From contig CDRNVI010000066.1 in the NCBI GenBank assembly GCA_977017575.1, forward strand, positions 124,001 to 188,000: 64,000 nt of DNA, read 5' to 3'. Positions 10,001 through 19,900 of the stretch are shown piece after piece (within the stretch, counting starts at the first letter, position 1; each line of letters starts with the position of its first letter). The notes beneath the pieces are model-generated. The model ran no database searches. It was not told the DNA's origin and worked only from the letters and a program-made list of their open reading frames with translations. A program made the position numbers and the translations under genes. This stretch comes from Paramoeba atlantica (lineage: Eukaryota; Protista; Discosea).

Positions 10001-11098
10001 TGTAGACAACCAAACCGTGTTTTCTCCGCATTCTTTCACGGCCTCACTTTCATCGCCTGAAAATTCTGCATCAGACTCAGAAGAAAGGGTTTCCTTACAT
10101 AGAAGTTGTATTTTCCAATTCGCACACTGATCTTTACTAACCCGACGCAGAAAATCTTGAAACATGAGAATTTCTTGGTGACCAGGTAAAAAGACCAGCA
10201 CGGAATTCGTCCTTCCTTTATGCAAAGCTGCCCACTCCGCTATGACACGACATCCAATAGTGTAATCATCTTCAAGCAGGGTCGGTACTGTACGATTGAC
10301 GGACTTCAAAATGCGAAGTAATGGCGCCGAAACCCAGTCGAAGTGGCAGTTATCACTAAACGCGGTACGTACTATGAAACCAGATGGTATTGAAGAACTG
10401 CCCTCTGGCAATGAAAGATCCAAATTTAATATGGCGCTTGCGTTTAAAAAGTACCGCGTAGAGTAATATTCCGCATCCAGTGTTGCGGATATGAATATAA
10501 CTCTCCCATCATATTCTTGATTCTGAAGCCACATAGTCAACAGGTCAAAATCTAACGACCGTTCGTGGGCCTCGTCAAATATAATGTGGGTAGGAGAAAC
10601 AACAACACTTCTCATACCGTGCATGAAAAAATATCGAGCGGCGTAGCCCGTCGTTGCATAGATAACTTCAGAGTGCGCACTGTACTGGGCATCACTGGAC
10701 AGCGCAAGTCCCACTTTGTCTCCTATGGCGCTATCAAAGAGAACACTAGACTGTCCTGCAACATTTTGACAAGCAAGACGTGTGGGCTGTAGTACCCATA
10801 TCCGCTTTTTCCTGTTTTCTGATGAAGAAATCAAACTCTGCTCGGTAGCCAAGTAGTATGGAATAGCAGTGCTCTTTCCACAACCCGCCTTTCCTGTAAT
10901 TATGCTAATTCGATGCTCGGCTACATGGGCTCGAATTCTTTCCCTTAGGGGATGTATCTGTATTCTTGACAGCAGTTGTTCTCGATACTTGTTAGGTGGA
11001 CGCGAAGCTACAGGCATGGAGCATCGCAGACAAGGTGTAACGGAAAAGCTCTGTGATAAGCGTTCTCTTAACGGAGGTGTATAGTGGAAAACTCTCAT
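7088..11098 (-). CDS. DEAH/RHA-family ATP-dependent RNA helicase with long unique C-terminus
   Basis: GKAGCGKST (motif I), DEAH (II), SAT (III), FLPG (IV), STELGETSLT (V), QRRGRVGR (VI). Confidence 0.9.
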   Translation of the reverse strand: MRVFHYTPPLRERLSQSFSVTPCLRCSMPVASRPPNKYREQLLSRIQIHPLRERIRAHVAEHRISIITGKAGCGKSTAIPYYLATEQSLISSSENRKKRIWVLQPTRLACQNVAGQSSVLFDSAIGDKVGLALSSDAQYSAHSEVIYATTGYAARYFFMHGMRSVVVSPTHIIFDEAHERSLDFDLLTMWLQNQEYDGRVIFISATLDAEYYSTRYFLNASAILNLDLSLPEGSSSIPSGFIVRTAFSDNCHFDWVSAPLLRILKSVNRTVPTLLEDDYTIGCRVIAEWAALHKGRTNSVLVFLPGHQEILMFQDFLRRVSKDQCANWKIQLLCKETLSSESDAEFSGDESEAVKECGENTVWLSTELGETSLTLANVGLVLDYGCHRVTQATGHCNGFAEKKLVLEWCSKSSILQRRGRVGRTQNGYVLHLFSEAFYCDLPDYGMAEHTRTSNRDIILQLVCMDPYWRRTSHLLKNCRLPPLALSSHAVQAALSDLKSSGIISVVISEKKNDEVDSIIQVSDIGMISHGLRLSIELSKLLHLSLRMGDPEIVVLALLTCALDTIATDIHDTPRNKNSQVRLYSKIGKTKERYLRGKAKIIGNCFSDNLLHVEIMRQWIRHQDPTFLKKYALSRVKILAIEQRLRHLLVRLCDVTRLHISSFDLLRKSILFPKRYPEAPSELYALLNLSSSALATFCTIYLCSLALNPHSILIGHSSYALRAVGNHQKIKSLLDVNDFDHNSAVCTYKTLGDITLQENELHALIVKRLPFCRETIVSKAGFFPKMKCFVVEFSSGAKHLETTHEKISCFKTKNFDASENKLVSQANDGVTYLNQLAVSRSLLFDTKTIKAEKIEKSLAKKSKLAQSLDLALNESNSMQVSLLQEQDKRLTVTGNTNVTDPETKCFTSAAAGNRTTTELEINKIEYLHQITWRSLSEANQTTISHRSLLGSVKKEKAPLEPILVFADKSVLLNNRKLVNSAHALPVSSTLIRLLAISCGGNISMLLNTSFSKARGVSITVGSRHVVLQLCLSSTEELAALMYQRKLYRENQNSEAIIQIMRNASRNLINCHHLKHIAQPYPGASKHRKMSESSINNDVFQWYDEASYTNCLSNIERSEYMKTGDIKHGDISEDKFVTVPDEMGASILHTLFDNITMQRAAEFLYTQFVPRLCCRILPGKASSQDTCTKMDLESTFVAHMKTIEEYLVNEFSRFYPLSSSESHISRNKRFSSDNRLKACESLFHYILDELQCTLYATDVPVKHAYEYADGQEDSLLCPEKSASARQSTDIDAHSKESSEATINNTGFTEYIVYCPVVLPSKIRLNLAKFQRSVLRYDI

Positions 11099-11464
11099 TC
11101 TACCGAGGCTACGGATTATTCTTCATTTACCACGCAGAAACATCGAAATGAATCATGTACTTGCACAAGATAAATAGATTTCAAGATTTAATGCATGCTT
11201 GCGTATAAAGAGATACAGGAAATTCTAACATTAAATAGCTGATTTCCCTAGACTAGGGGAAATTAGGCTATTTTAGCAGTAGCGAAAACTTTATATGCAC
11301 AACATAAACTCTGCTGGAAAAGATCGCTCAGAATGTCACGCCCAATGATGTTTCTGCCTGCGTGCCACAAAGATATGTCACTCAGGTGTTGACTATTACT
11401 CTAACGGTCTTGTGATTTACACAAGACTTTAATAGACTATTGCTGTGAAAAAAGGAAGTTTCTA

Positions 11465-14400
11465 CTATCTAAATTTGCTGCGGAACTGATTTCGTTTGAT
11501 AACAAGCACTATAAATAGGGTCAATGCTATGGGCACCACAACATAAATCCAGGTAGGAAACTTATATTCCGCCGCGGGAGATGTTTCGAAACAAGATGAA
11601 CCCTTAGCAGTATGCTGATTAAGAGCGTATATGAGCTGGAGAGAATCATTCTGCCACCTCACACCCTCTATTTCTGAAATTTTGGAGTACACAAACCAAG
11701 GGGTTGCCTGATTGGCTCTCATAATGACATTGGTAGAATTTACAACAAGGTATGCATCATCTTCGCGCGGATGATGCGCAGACCACAATTCTGTAACCAC
11801 CCCTTCCGGGTCCCAGTAATAAACTGATAGCGTCAAAGAATTGTGCACAAATATGCACTTGTCGGAGTATACTGCTGTGTTAACGTACAGAACTTCTCCT
11901 GGCAACAGTCTGTCTTGAAAAAGGGTGATCGGCGTAGGTTGTTTTGCCAAGTACGGAGGTCTTTCATACTCATTGGATTTTCTCAGTCCAGTGTCCTTGA
12001 GGTGTTGTTGCCACACAGGGGTAATAAATGGAAGAGATCTATACAAAGCCAATGTAGCGTTTGGGTGCAACAACAAAAATTTTCCACTCTGAAGTGAATT
12101 TAATGAGGTGCCGTGATTCCCGCCTTGAACAATGATACAAGATTCCGAGGAACGAATGTAGAGATTTTCGTTGCCGCGAACCGAATATTTATTAGTGGAT
12201 AATTCGTTTATGCTGCACGATACTGATCCGCTGCGCATCGTAGCACCGTGCCGGAAAGAATTTCCTGCTTCAATGAGATCAACACTAGACCCTGCCCTCA
12301 TTTCTATGACAGGGCAACACCAATCGAACCGATGAAGAGTAATTCTATCATCCAGAACCTGGATTCGTATTTCGTCCCCCAATGCACATGAAGCACGCAG
12401 TATGGTTTCTGAGATTCGTTTCAAAATGAGAAAGCCATTATCAGCATACGAAACGCCGTAGACACCCTGATGCTCACAACTCTTGGAGTACTGCGAGAGT
12501 TGCAAACTAAGGTAGGCCGTACCTGCATCGAACAAGACTTGCACCTCGCATGAACAATACACGGAATTACAGCGCCCTATGTATCGTAAACCTTCTTCTG
12601 CGTATCCCTTTTCTAGTTGGCCGTTTTTCTGCTCTTTTGCGATAGACTCGCCCGTAGGCCTTAACTTTTCGGAACTCGGCAGCAATAGAGCAGACACATT
12701 TGGTGCATTAGTTTGACTGTTTTCATTGGTCCAATTTCCCCAGCATATCGTACGCGGTCTGATGAGTCGCGCAACGTAATTGTAAATAGGATGCAGCAAT
12801 ACATCATCCTGATGCAATGTACGAGATCCCGCTTTGACACTAATCCGACCGCCCACCACTACGTACATCTTGGCTTTCATCTCCGTTCTAGAACACTCTG
12901 CTGATGTATTGAGACGAAAAATATTCGCCACAGCTGCTGCTCCTGCAACCATAAGAGGCCCACCTATCCTATTGACCATCAGAGTCACTTGGGGTTGTAG
13001 CAGCATTACTACTACTCCCGTCACAATCGGACTCGGATTCGGCTTCACCCAAGGATAGACCATAAAGAGCCACTCATCGCTGATTGACTGCTTCTGAAGC
13101 ATGCAACGATGGGTTAATGTGCATTGTTGCAACCCAGGCAAATACCGAAATGCAACGCACGATCTACCGCGAGCATCGCATAATGCTGAACATTCTCGTA
13201 TTGTAAGGTCATTATAAGTTCTTCCTGCGTATTGCTCACATTTTTTCCCAATGCGATAGCTGTAATTTTCTGGCACAAGGTCGCCGTAAGATGCGGAAAG
13301 ACTCCTCACACCAGAATTGGAGCTATACTGAAGACCTGCTCGTATAGATCCAATATACCCAGCGGTAAAGCCAATATTTGCTTGTGTGTTTAGACGACTT
13401 AGAAATTTAAGATCGAGACGCAAACTGGGCATAATTTCGAAAGGAACACCACCTATGTCAATATACACAGGAACGAACTGCTGTTCTAAAAGTTTTTTGG
13501 TGAGGAATTTCTTATATACCTTGACATGAATTTTGGGTACTATACCTAAAAGCATTGTCGCTTCCAAGACAATTTCGAGATTTTTTACTTCATGCTCGAC
13601 AACCTCTAACTCGAAGCGCATGATGGGATGTATTTGAAAAAAGCACTCTATGCACAGCATTCGAGGAATCAATGGCTCATCCCAAAATATTTGAGACGGC
13701 AAAGGCACGTTCCACACGTTTGGGTTCGCAACATTCCGACTTTGTATATTGGCGAAAGGCATTATGCTTCTCGAAGGCATTATCATTTCCTGCAATGAGT
13801 CAAGTGCTGCGCGCGCCCGTGACATAACTTGGTCGAGCAAGCCAAATTCGGGATCGGAACTGCCGAATTCAGGAATATCTGATTCCTCTGCTGTCAGTGC
13901 CTCAAAGTGCAATGGTTTTCGTTCGAGTTTAGCTTTCCCCTTTCTCGAAAAGGGTACTTTAGGAGGATGGTGTGCGGAAATAATATCGGTGGAAAAGTGA
14001 ACCTTTGCGTCTCGAAACATCTCATGCGATTTCAAACCCACTCCTTCAAAATATACCCATGTAGTATTGAGTGGCAATACGCTCACAATTTTTAACAAAA
14101 TACCGAGTCCGGTGCCTTCGCATCTACACTTGCGGTTGGAGCTAAGAACGGTTCCTGGGGCAACGCAAAACAAAAACTCGTGCATAGATTGTGGGGTTTC
14201 AAATGCGGCAGTAATTCTTGTTGGGGTTGTACAAATCAAACGCGTGATGCCTTGTAGTTCGACATGTCGTTTTGTTGACCTAGTAACGTTGTAGCGTAGA
14301 TGTGCGTGAGAATTTGTTTTGCTGCAATTATGTGTAAACGAATGATGTAAAAAGCGTTCCTCCTCCGAATGAGCCTTATGAAATCCAGTCAGTCGCTCAA

Positions 14401-14536
14401 TTGGATGGATCGGATGAGAACCAAAGTTTTCATCTTGAGACTCAGCAGAAAAGACAACGACACGAATGAAACAAAAGATCAGTATGTATCTCATTTCTGT
14501 GTGCATGAAGTTTGCATTCCTGGGCAAAAGCTCCAC
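11465..14536 (-). CDS. Type I membrane/surface protein with PAN/apple-like and possible bulb-lectin-like domains
   Basis: Hydrophobic N-terminal signal (YILIFCFIRVVVFSA); PAN/apple Cys pattern CEQYAGRTYNDLTIRECSALCDARGRSCVAFRYLPGLQQCTL; many N-x-S/T sites; C-terminal TM WIYVVVPIALTLFIVLVI followed by a basic tail. Confidence 0.65.
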   Translation of the reverse strand: MELLPRNANFMHTEMRYILIFCFIRVVVFSAESQDENFGSHPIHPIERLTGFHKAHSEEERFLHHSFTHNCSKTNSHAHLRYNVTRSTKRHVELQGITRLICTTPTRITAAFETPQSMHEFLFCVAPGTVLSSNRKCRCEGTGLGILLKIVSVLPLNTTWVYFEGVGLKSHEMFRDAKVHFSTDIISAHHPPKVPFSRKGKAKLERKPLHFEALTAEESDIPEFGSSDPEFGLLDQVMSRARAALDSLQEMIMPSRSIMPFANIQSRNVANPNVWNVPLPSQIFWDEPLIPRMLCIECFFQIHPIMRFELEVVEHEVKNLEIVLEATMLLGIVPKIHVKVYKKFLTKKLLEQQFVPVYIDIGGVPFEIMPSLRLDLKFLSRLNTQANIGFTAGYIGSIRAGLQYSSNSGVRSLSASYGDLVPENYSYRIGKKCEQYAGRTYNDLTIRECSALCDARGRSCVAFRYLPGLQQCTLTHRCMLQKQSISDEWLFMVYPWVKPNPSPIVTGVVVMLLQPQVTLMVNRIGGPLMVAGAAAVANIFRLNTSAECSRTEMKAKMYVVVGGRISVKAGSRTLHQDDVLLHPIYNYVARLIRPRTICWGNWTNENSQTNAPNVSALLLPSSEKLRPTGESIAKEQKNGQLEKGYAEEGLRYIGRCNSVYCSCEVQVLFDAGTAYLSLQLSQYSKSCEHQGVYGVSYADNGFLILKRISETILRASCALGDEIRIQVLDDRITLHRFDWCCPVIEMRAGSSVDLIEAGNSFRHGATMRSGSVSCSINELSTNKYSVRGNENLYIRSSESCIIVQGGNHGTSLNSLQSGKFLLLHPNATLALYRSLPFITPVWQQHLKDTGLRKSNEYERPPYLAKQPTPITLFQDRLLPGEVLYVNTAVYSDKCIFVHNSLTLSVYYWDPEGVVTELWSAHHPREDDAYLVVNSTNVIMRANQATPWFVYSKISEIEGVRWQNDSLQLIYALNQHTAKGSSCFETSPAAEYKFPTWIYVVVPIALTLFIVLVIKRNQFRSKFR

Positions 14537-14874
14537 AAAAAAGTGGCAGTCGACACACTTCAGGCCTCAAATCTCTGTGAACCAGAGAACAAAGTTTGCC
14601 ACCGAATTGTGTACGATTGTAGCCTCTAACTTCAACTTTCGTGTGGTCAATAGCAATTTCTAAAAAAGTATGAACTAAAGGACTTTGTAATACAGTGTAG
14701 ATAAAGTTAGACATGCATTTAGTCAATAGACATAAAGGAATGTCGCTATATTTTTTCTGGAGCCCGTAATTTTGAGAACCTTCTTTAGCATTTGATAGAT
14801 GGTGACCTAAAATAATAAACGGTTGCAGTATGTGCTAGAAGTTGGTTAAGAAAAAAGGATCATTCACACATTCT

Positions 14875-16665
14875 TCATTTTATTTCACGGTTCTCATCGT
14901 CGTTTTTTTCTAACACACTACTGACGCCCCTCCCGTTTTCCTCCTCACGTTCATTGTACTCGTCTTCACCATCTTCATTTTCAAGCTCATCTAAGGGACG
15001 CAAATTGATGAGTGGATTGTCGGAAGAGGAGTCCAACACAAACCATTCAGGCCAAGCCTTTAGAAAATCTAGGAAAGTATCATATCCCTCTTCTTTAATG
15101 CCATTTCGCGTATCAACAGATATGCATTTGGCAAGATCATTTAGCGATATCCCAGGTTTTCCTTTCTCTGGAACATGTCCTGCAACAGCGCTGGCAAGGG
15201 GATCATCTTCCTCTCCGTCATATTCCGCATCATAATTTTCCGTGTCCTCTTCATCATCCCATACAGTTTCCTCATTCGCAGGCCTGGGCTGCAAATATTT
15301 TTTCTTTCTCTTGGGTGTTTCGGGTGCTATTGGCAATGAAGATACCTTTTCCGAAATTGACTCTGCAACAGGAGTTGAGGGGGGGAACTTTACTGTATAT
15401 TCTTCTCGTTTCTTTTTCGCTGGATCCTCATTTAAGCCAGGAACAGGTTTAGCACCCCTTGCAACCTTTATTGTGCTCAAACCTTCAGTATACACAAAGT
15501 GCTCCTTCCGCTTCTTTAGAAACTCGCGCAAGCCACCTTCTTCGAATGAAAGTTGGCGTCGAACTTTAGAATCAAGCTTCAATAATATTTCATCGTATTC
15601 CATTGCTTTTGAATCTTCTGGGAGTATTTTCCAAACTTCTTTTTGTATTGTATCTGCGCGAACTAGACAAAGACGTCTCGACATCGTCAAGGCTTCTCTA
15701 CCGGAATATATTTTTTTCGCAACCTCAACAAACCTATCTGCCGTAACCAATTCGAATGCACTGCAAGGTTCCGTGGGTATCATCAGCTGTTCTAATTCGT
15801 GACGCTTCCCCTCAAAGGAAGTCTCCAGGTCACTTTCCTTTTGTCTTTTGCATTCTGGATCCGTTATTTCCTCATCCGATACAAGGCTTCGAATTAAAAC
15901 AGAAAAACTGTCCTCATCTTCTCGGATAACCTCGAATAATCCTTCATACATGGAACATAACGTGGTGAGTGAGTAACCCCGAGCGACAACCTCCCGACGA
16001 AGCCCAATTGGCAGTCGCTCCATGGACTCCCCTTCGGATAATCCTGTCCGAGACGGGAGAGCGAGAGCAACCACCCCCATCAACTCTCTATCCTCCTGAA
16101 ACTCATGAAACATATGAGGGGTGAACCCATCCTCTGGTCTCTTCTTATCGATCCTACGTACCACGAGTGCGTTCTCGTCAATACAATGCGCCAATTCAAA
16201 AATCTCCGGATATTTCGTAAGAAAAATAAACCGACTGGTGCGCATGGCGAGAAACAAGTCCCCAGGGAGCTGTCGTGCAACCGCACGTAGGGGGACGTAA
16301 AAATGGGGAATGTACGGCAGCACACAGGAGCACAGCTCATCGTCGTCGGCTAACGTACGAGGCTGGTTACTTGCCATGAGCTCCGGATCAGGTGGATTGG
16401 AATCTAACCAAAATTTGCGGCAAACGCGATCTTCACGCACCACACAGTCGGATAAACTGTGGAGGATTTCGTTCAATATACCAGGGTTGACAATACTCCT
16501 GAGATGGGGAGCAAGGATGAATGATACGTGACTGACAGTCGACCAGCCTTCGGAAGGAACATATCTACGAATATCTCGCATTAGTGCAGATTCTTTGCCC
16601 ACGATGCGTTGATATAAGGGCAATTTAGCTCGAAACACACAACGAGAGTACCACATTCGGTTCAA
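14875..16665 (-). CDS. Putative mitochondrial protein with repeated LOTUS/OST-HTH-like modules and acidic tail
   Basis: Arg-rich N-terminus; repeated modules ending in G-x-x-x-FL-x-x-x-P-E-x-F (FLTKYPEIFEL, GGLREFLKKRKEHF, GYDTFLDFLKAWPEWFVL). Confidence 0.55.
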   Translation of the reverse strand: MNRMWYSRCVFRAKLPLYQRIVGKESALMRDIRRYVPSEGWSTVSHVSFILAPHLRSIVNPGILNEILHSLSDCVVREDRVCRKFWLDSNPPDPELMASNQPRTLADDDELCSCVLPYIPHFYVPLRAVARQLPGDLFLAMRTSRFIFLTKYPEIFELAHCIDENALVVRRIDKKRPEDGFTPHMFHEFQEDRELMGVVALALPSRTGLSEGESMERLPIGLRREVVARGYSLTTLCSMYEGLFEVIREDEDSFSVLIRSLVSDEEITDPECKRQKESDLETSFEGKRHELEQLMIPTEPCSAFELVTADRFVEVAKKIYSGREALTMSRRLCLVRADTIQKEVWKILPEDSKAMEYDEILLKLDSKVRRQLSFEEGGLREFLKKRKEHFVYTEGLSTIKVARGAKPVPGLNEDPAKKKREEYTVKFPPSTPVAESISEKVSSLPIAPETPKRKKKYLQPRPANEETVWDDEEDTENYDAEYDGEEDDPLASAVAGHVPEKGKPGISLNDLAKCISVDTRNGIKEEGYDTFLDFLKAWPEWFVLDSSSDNPLINLRPLDELENEDGEDEYNEREEENGRGVSSVLEKNDDENREIK

Positions 16666-16944
16666 GGAGCTCTAGTTCTGCATAGAATTTGCATGCGTTC
16701 GTAATGCTTCGATGTTATTTAGAAATTCCTTGAAATAGTAGTTAAAATTTAACTGTCGATCAAAATAGGAAAAAGAGTGCGAATACAAAGACAAAACAGA
16801 ACATGTGAACAACTAATTATCTTGCGCATGGGTGAACACTGTTCAACACTGGGAGTGGTAGACATGATTTCCTTTTATGGCTGCATTTCAACAAACATTG
16901 TGCGTTTCGAATAAGTTATTGTTCGAATAAGTTACATGATTCAC

Positions 16945-19900
16945 TTACTCGGGAGTCGGAAAATTTGTTTCGTCCAATGCATTAGTGTCGGCAACATCAC
17001 ATGCTGTAGCCATTGATGAAGCGGCTGAGTACCTAGACGGGCTGGAATCATCATCTACACTTGTTGCACTCGTTTCCGCCCGGATATTTAACGCAGTATT
17101 TGTCGTATTATGTAACTGAGGTGTTAGTGCAAGTTCTGAAGCCACTTCTGTCGCGCTTACTAATACTATTGGCCGTTTTAAGGGAACTTTGCGTGTCCCA
17201 TCTTCAGGTGACAGACGAGTGTTCAAATTTACAGGGACTGGAGAAATAGACTCACGTGGGTTCTTCCTGGCAATTTGTTTACTATGCGCCACAGAGGCGC
17301 CATCGGCACGACTCGATGAGACCTGCACATGCTTCTCTGGCACTTGTTTTGAGGAGCTTACCGCGGGGCACGGAGTGACTCCCCCTTTCATTGCTACAGG
17401 TGATATAATTCGCTGTCCCGTTTCATAGTGAGGAGGTGCAGGAATTTTTCGCGCACTTGTTTTCGATGTATCACTTGAAACAGACTGAACAGAAAAGCGA
17501 GAAGGAGGCGTTATTAATGAAATCTCTCTCGCCGGTGTGAAAGTCTCACAGACTCGAGTACTGTTATCTCCAATGTTGCTCGAATGCCCGCTGGAGGCGA
17601 TGTGAGCGGGTGGAGTGCCACTTGTCGGAGCATACGAGGCGGTTAGATCAGCCCCAAGGCGAGAACGGGAATGGTTCGTTGAACTATCAATTGATTGCTG
17701 CGGAGCCATGATGAAAGAAAATCCTGCCGGTTGCGTGGCTATGTTATTTCGTGTAGGAGTTACGTCCTTAGCTATTGATAAATGAGCTTGTGTCGATTCA
17801 TATTTCCTCCCACTGGTCTGAGTTGAATCATCATCTGAGGCGTCGATGATTTGATTTTTTGGGAAAGGCCGAGCGCGGACAACGGTGACAGTCTGAGATC
17901 CTAAAAGTTCGAGTTCGGCCTCCGTTACGTCTGCATCGCAATCCTTTAACCACTTGGCGCGGAAGCCTCGGACAAGCTCAAGAAAGGGTCGCCCATATTT
18001 TTTCAGCTTGATTTTCCCAAATCCTTGAACATTGCCTATTTCTTCCACTGTTGGACCATGATCATTAAATATTAAGTCAGCAAGTTCATCCAGCGCAGGA
18101 TTGCTAAGAAGATTGTATTCACGAATATTTTCCTCCAGTGCAACGTCGCGCCGGAGGTCTGCAAGTTGGGCTCGCAGATTCTGTCTCAGCTGCTGCATCT
18201 GCTCCAAGTACAAAGTGTTTGAAGTGCTATTCCCCGCAGTAGTGTACTTGTTGAGTTCCGTTGCATTTTCGAAGTCTTTGGAAAGCTCTACGGGACGAAA
18301 TGACTTAGCGCGTGTCTCGAAATTCAACGTATTGGAACGGTCGTTCGAATCAGATACAAGAGGACGCTTGTTTTCTCGAGCTCCACGTTTCACACTAAGG
18401 CTTTCACCTGAGCCTGATGCAGGAACAGGTGGTACTTTTTTCTGTCCCCCCTTTCTTTGAGGTATCACACACTTTCGAGTAAATTCGACATTTCTTAATG
18501 CTGAAGCACCTAACTTGTGTATCGAATTTCCCGTTGAGCTAAGTGAAAGCAAAGTTGATACCACATCAAATCCTCCGGGGACTTTTTGTGCCAAAAGCTC
18601 TTCCGTAACGTACTCCCAAGTAACCAAGTTTTGGATAATTTGATCAATCCACTCAACTTTTTGGTCGGAACCCAATCCGAAAGCTTCTGTATTGTGGCGC
18701 CCTGATGCTTTAATATCCCGGATTTTCTTGGCATTCACTTTTCCTACGCCCGACTCAGTTCCTCGGTAAGCCGAAGTCAATTGCCGAGCAGTGCAATTTC
18801 CGAGAAGCCCCAATATGTGTATGAGCCGTGAAACGTGTGGTGCAACAGGCACGTGCTCCACCTTCCACCCTTCCTTCACTTTCGAGTCACAAACGTCACA
18901 TCTCAAGTTCTCGGTGTCTGTGAGGCAGAACCATGCGTCGTTCACAACTTCTCCGAAAAAATCAAGCTGTTGTTTGCGACGACAGACAGTGTCTTCTGTG
19001 ACGAAGGTTATCATGTGATGCAGTTGTTTTTGATAAAATTTAGCCATTGCAGATGTGGTGTTTGATATTGCTATTAGCCTTTCAAGTCTAGATTTACTGC
19101 TTGGTGAGTAAAATAAAATACAGTCGCTTGGCTTCATGTCTCTACCTGCCCTCCCGCTTTCTTGATAGAAACCCTCCATTGATTTCGGCATCATAGCGTG
19201 TATGACAAAGCGTACATCCGGTTTGTTTATCCCCATTCCAAACGCAATCGTAGCACAAATGACATGTATTTTTCCTCGGGTCCAATCTTCCTGGGCTGCT
19301 ACCTTGCCAGAGCTTGCTGCGTGATAGTGTCCGGCATTTATACCTTTGCTTCGCAGATCTTGGGCCATTTTCTCTGTATCCTTTTGCGATAAACAGTAGA
19401 CTATTCCACATTGCCCTTTGTACTTGCTTAAAATGAGAGAGGAAACATCATCTTCTTTCTTCGCCTTATGAATGATCTGATAGCGCAAATTTGGTCGATT
19501 AAAGCTTCCACGAAAAACTTTCGCATTAGGAATGTGTAGCAGCGTAAGAACATCTTCCAATACCATACTTGTCGCAGTAGCAGTCAACGCCATTAAAGGG
19601 CAGTTTGGGAACAAATCTTTCAACATGCCTAGCTTCTTGTAATCCGGACGAAAGTCATGTCCCCATTGCGAAATACAATGTGCCTCATCGATAACTATAC
19701 GATGTAGTTTTCCTTTCCGGTATAATGCCTGCAGTTTATTTATTAGATTGTCACTTCGACCAAACATTTCGGGTGTCGTGTAGACAAGAACATGATACGT
19801 GTGCTCTTCATCTTCGTATCCTCCACGCTCCCACTTTCCCCATTCCTCATAAATCTTCTTCTTCACCGTGTCTTTCGCTTGTCCCGTTAATGCGGCAGCG

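Noticed and set aside
16895-16935. Short direct repeat TTCGAATAAGTTA x2 and other micro-repeats or palindromes (e.g. ~30401, ~48010, ~51150)
   Set aside because: Short slippage-type duplications or palindromes in AT-rich spacers with no sign of function.
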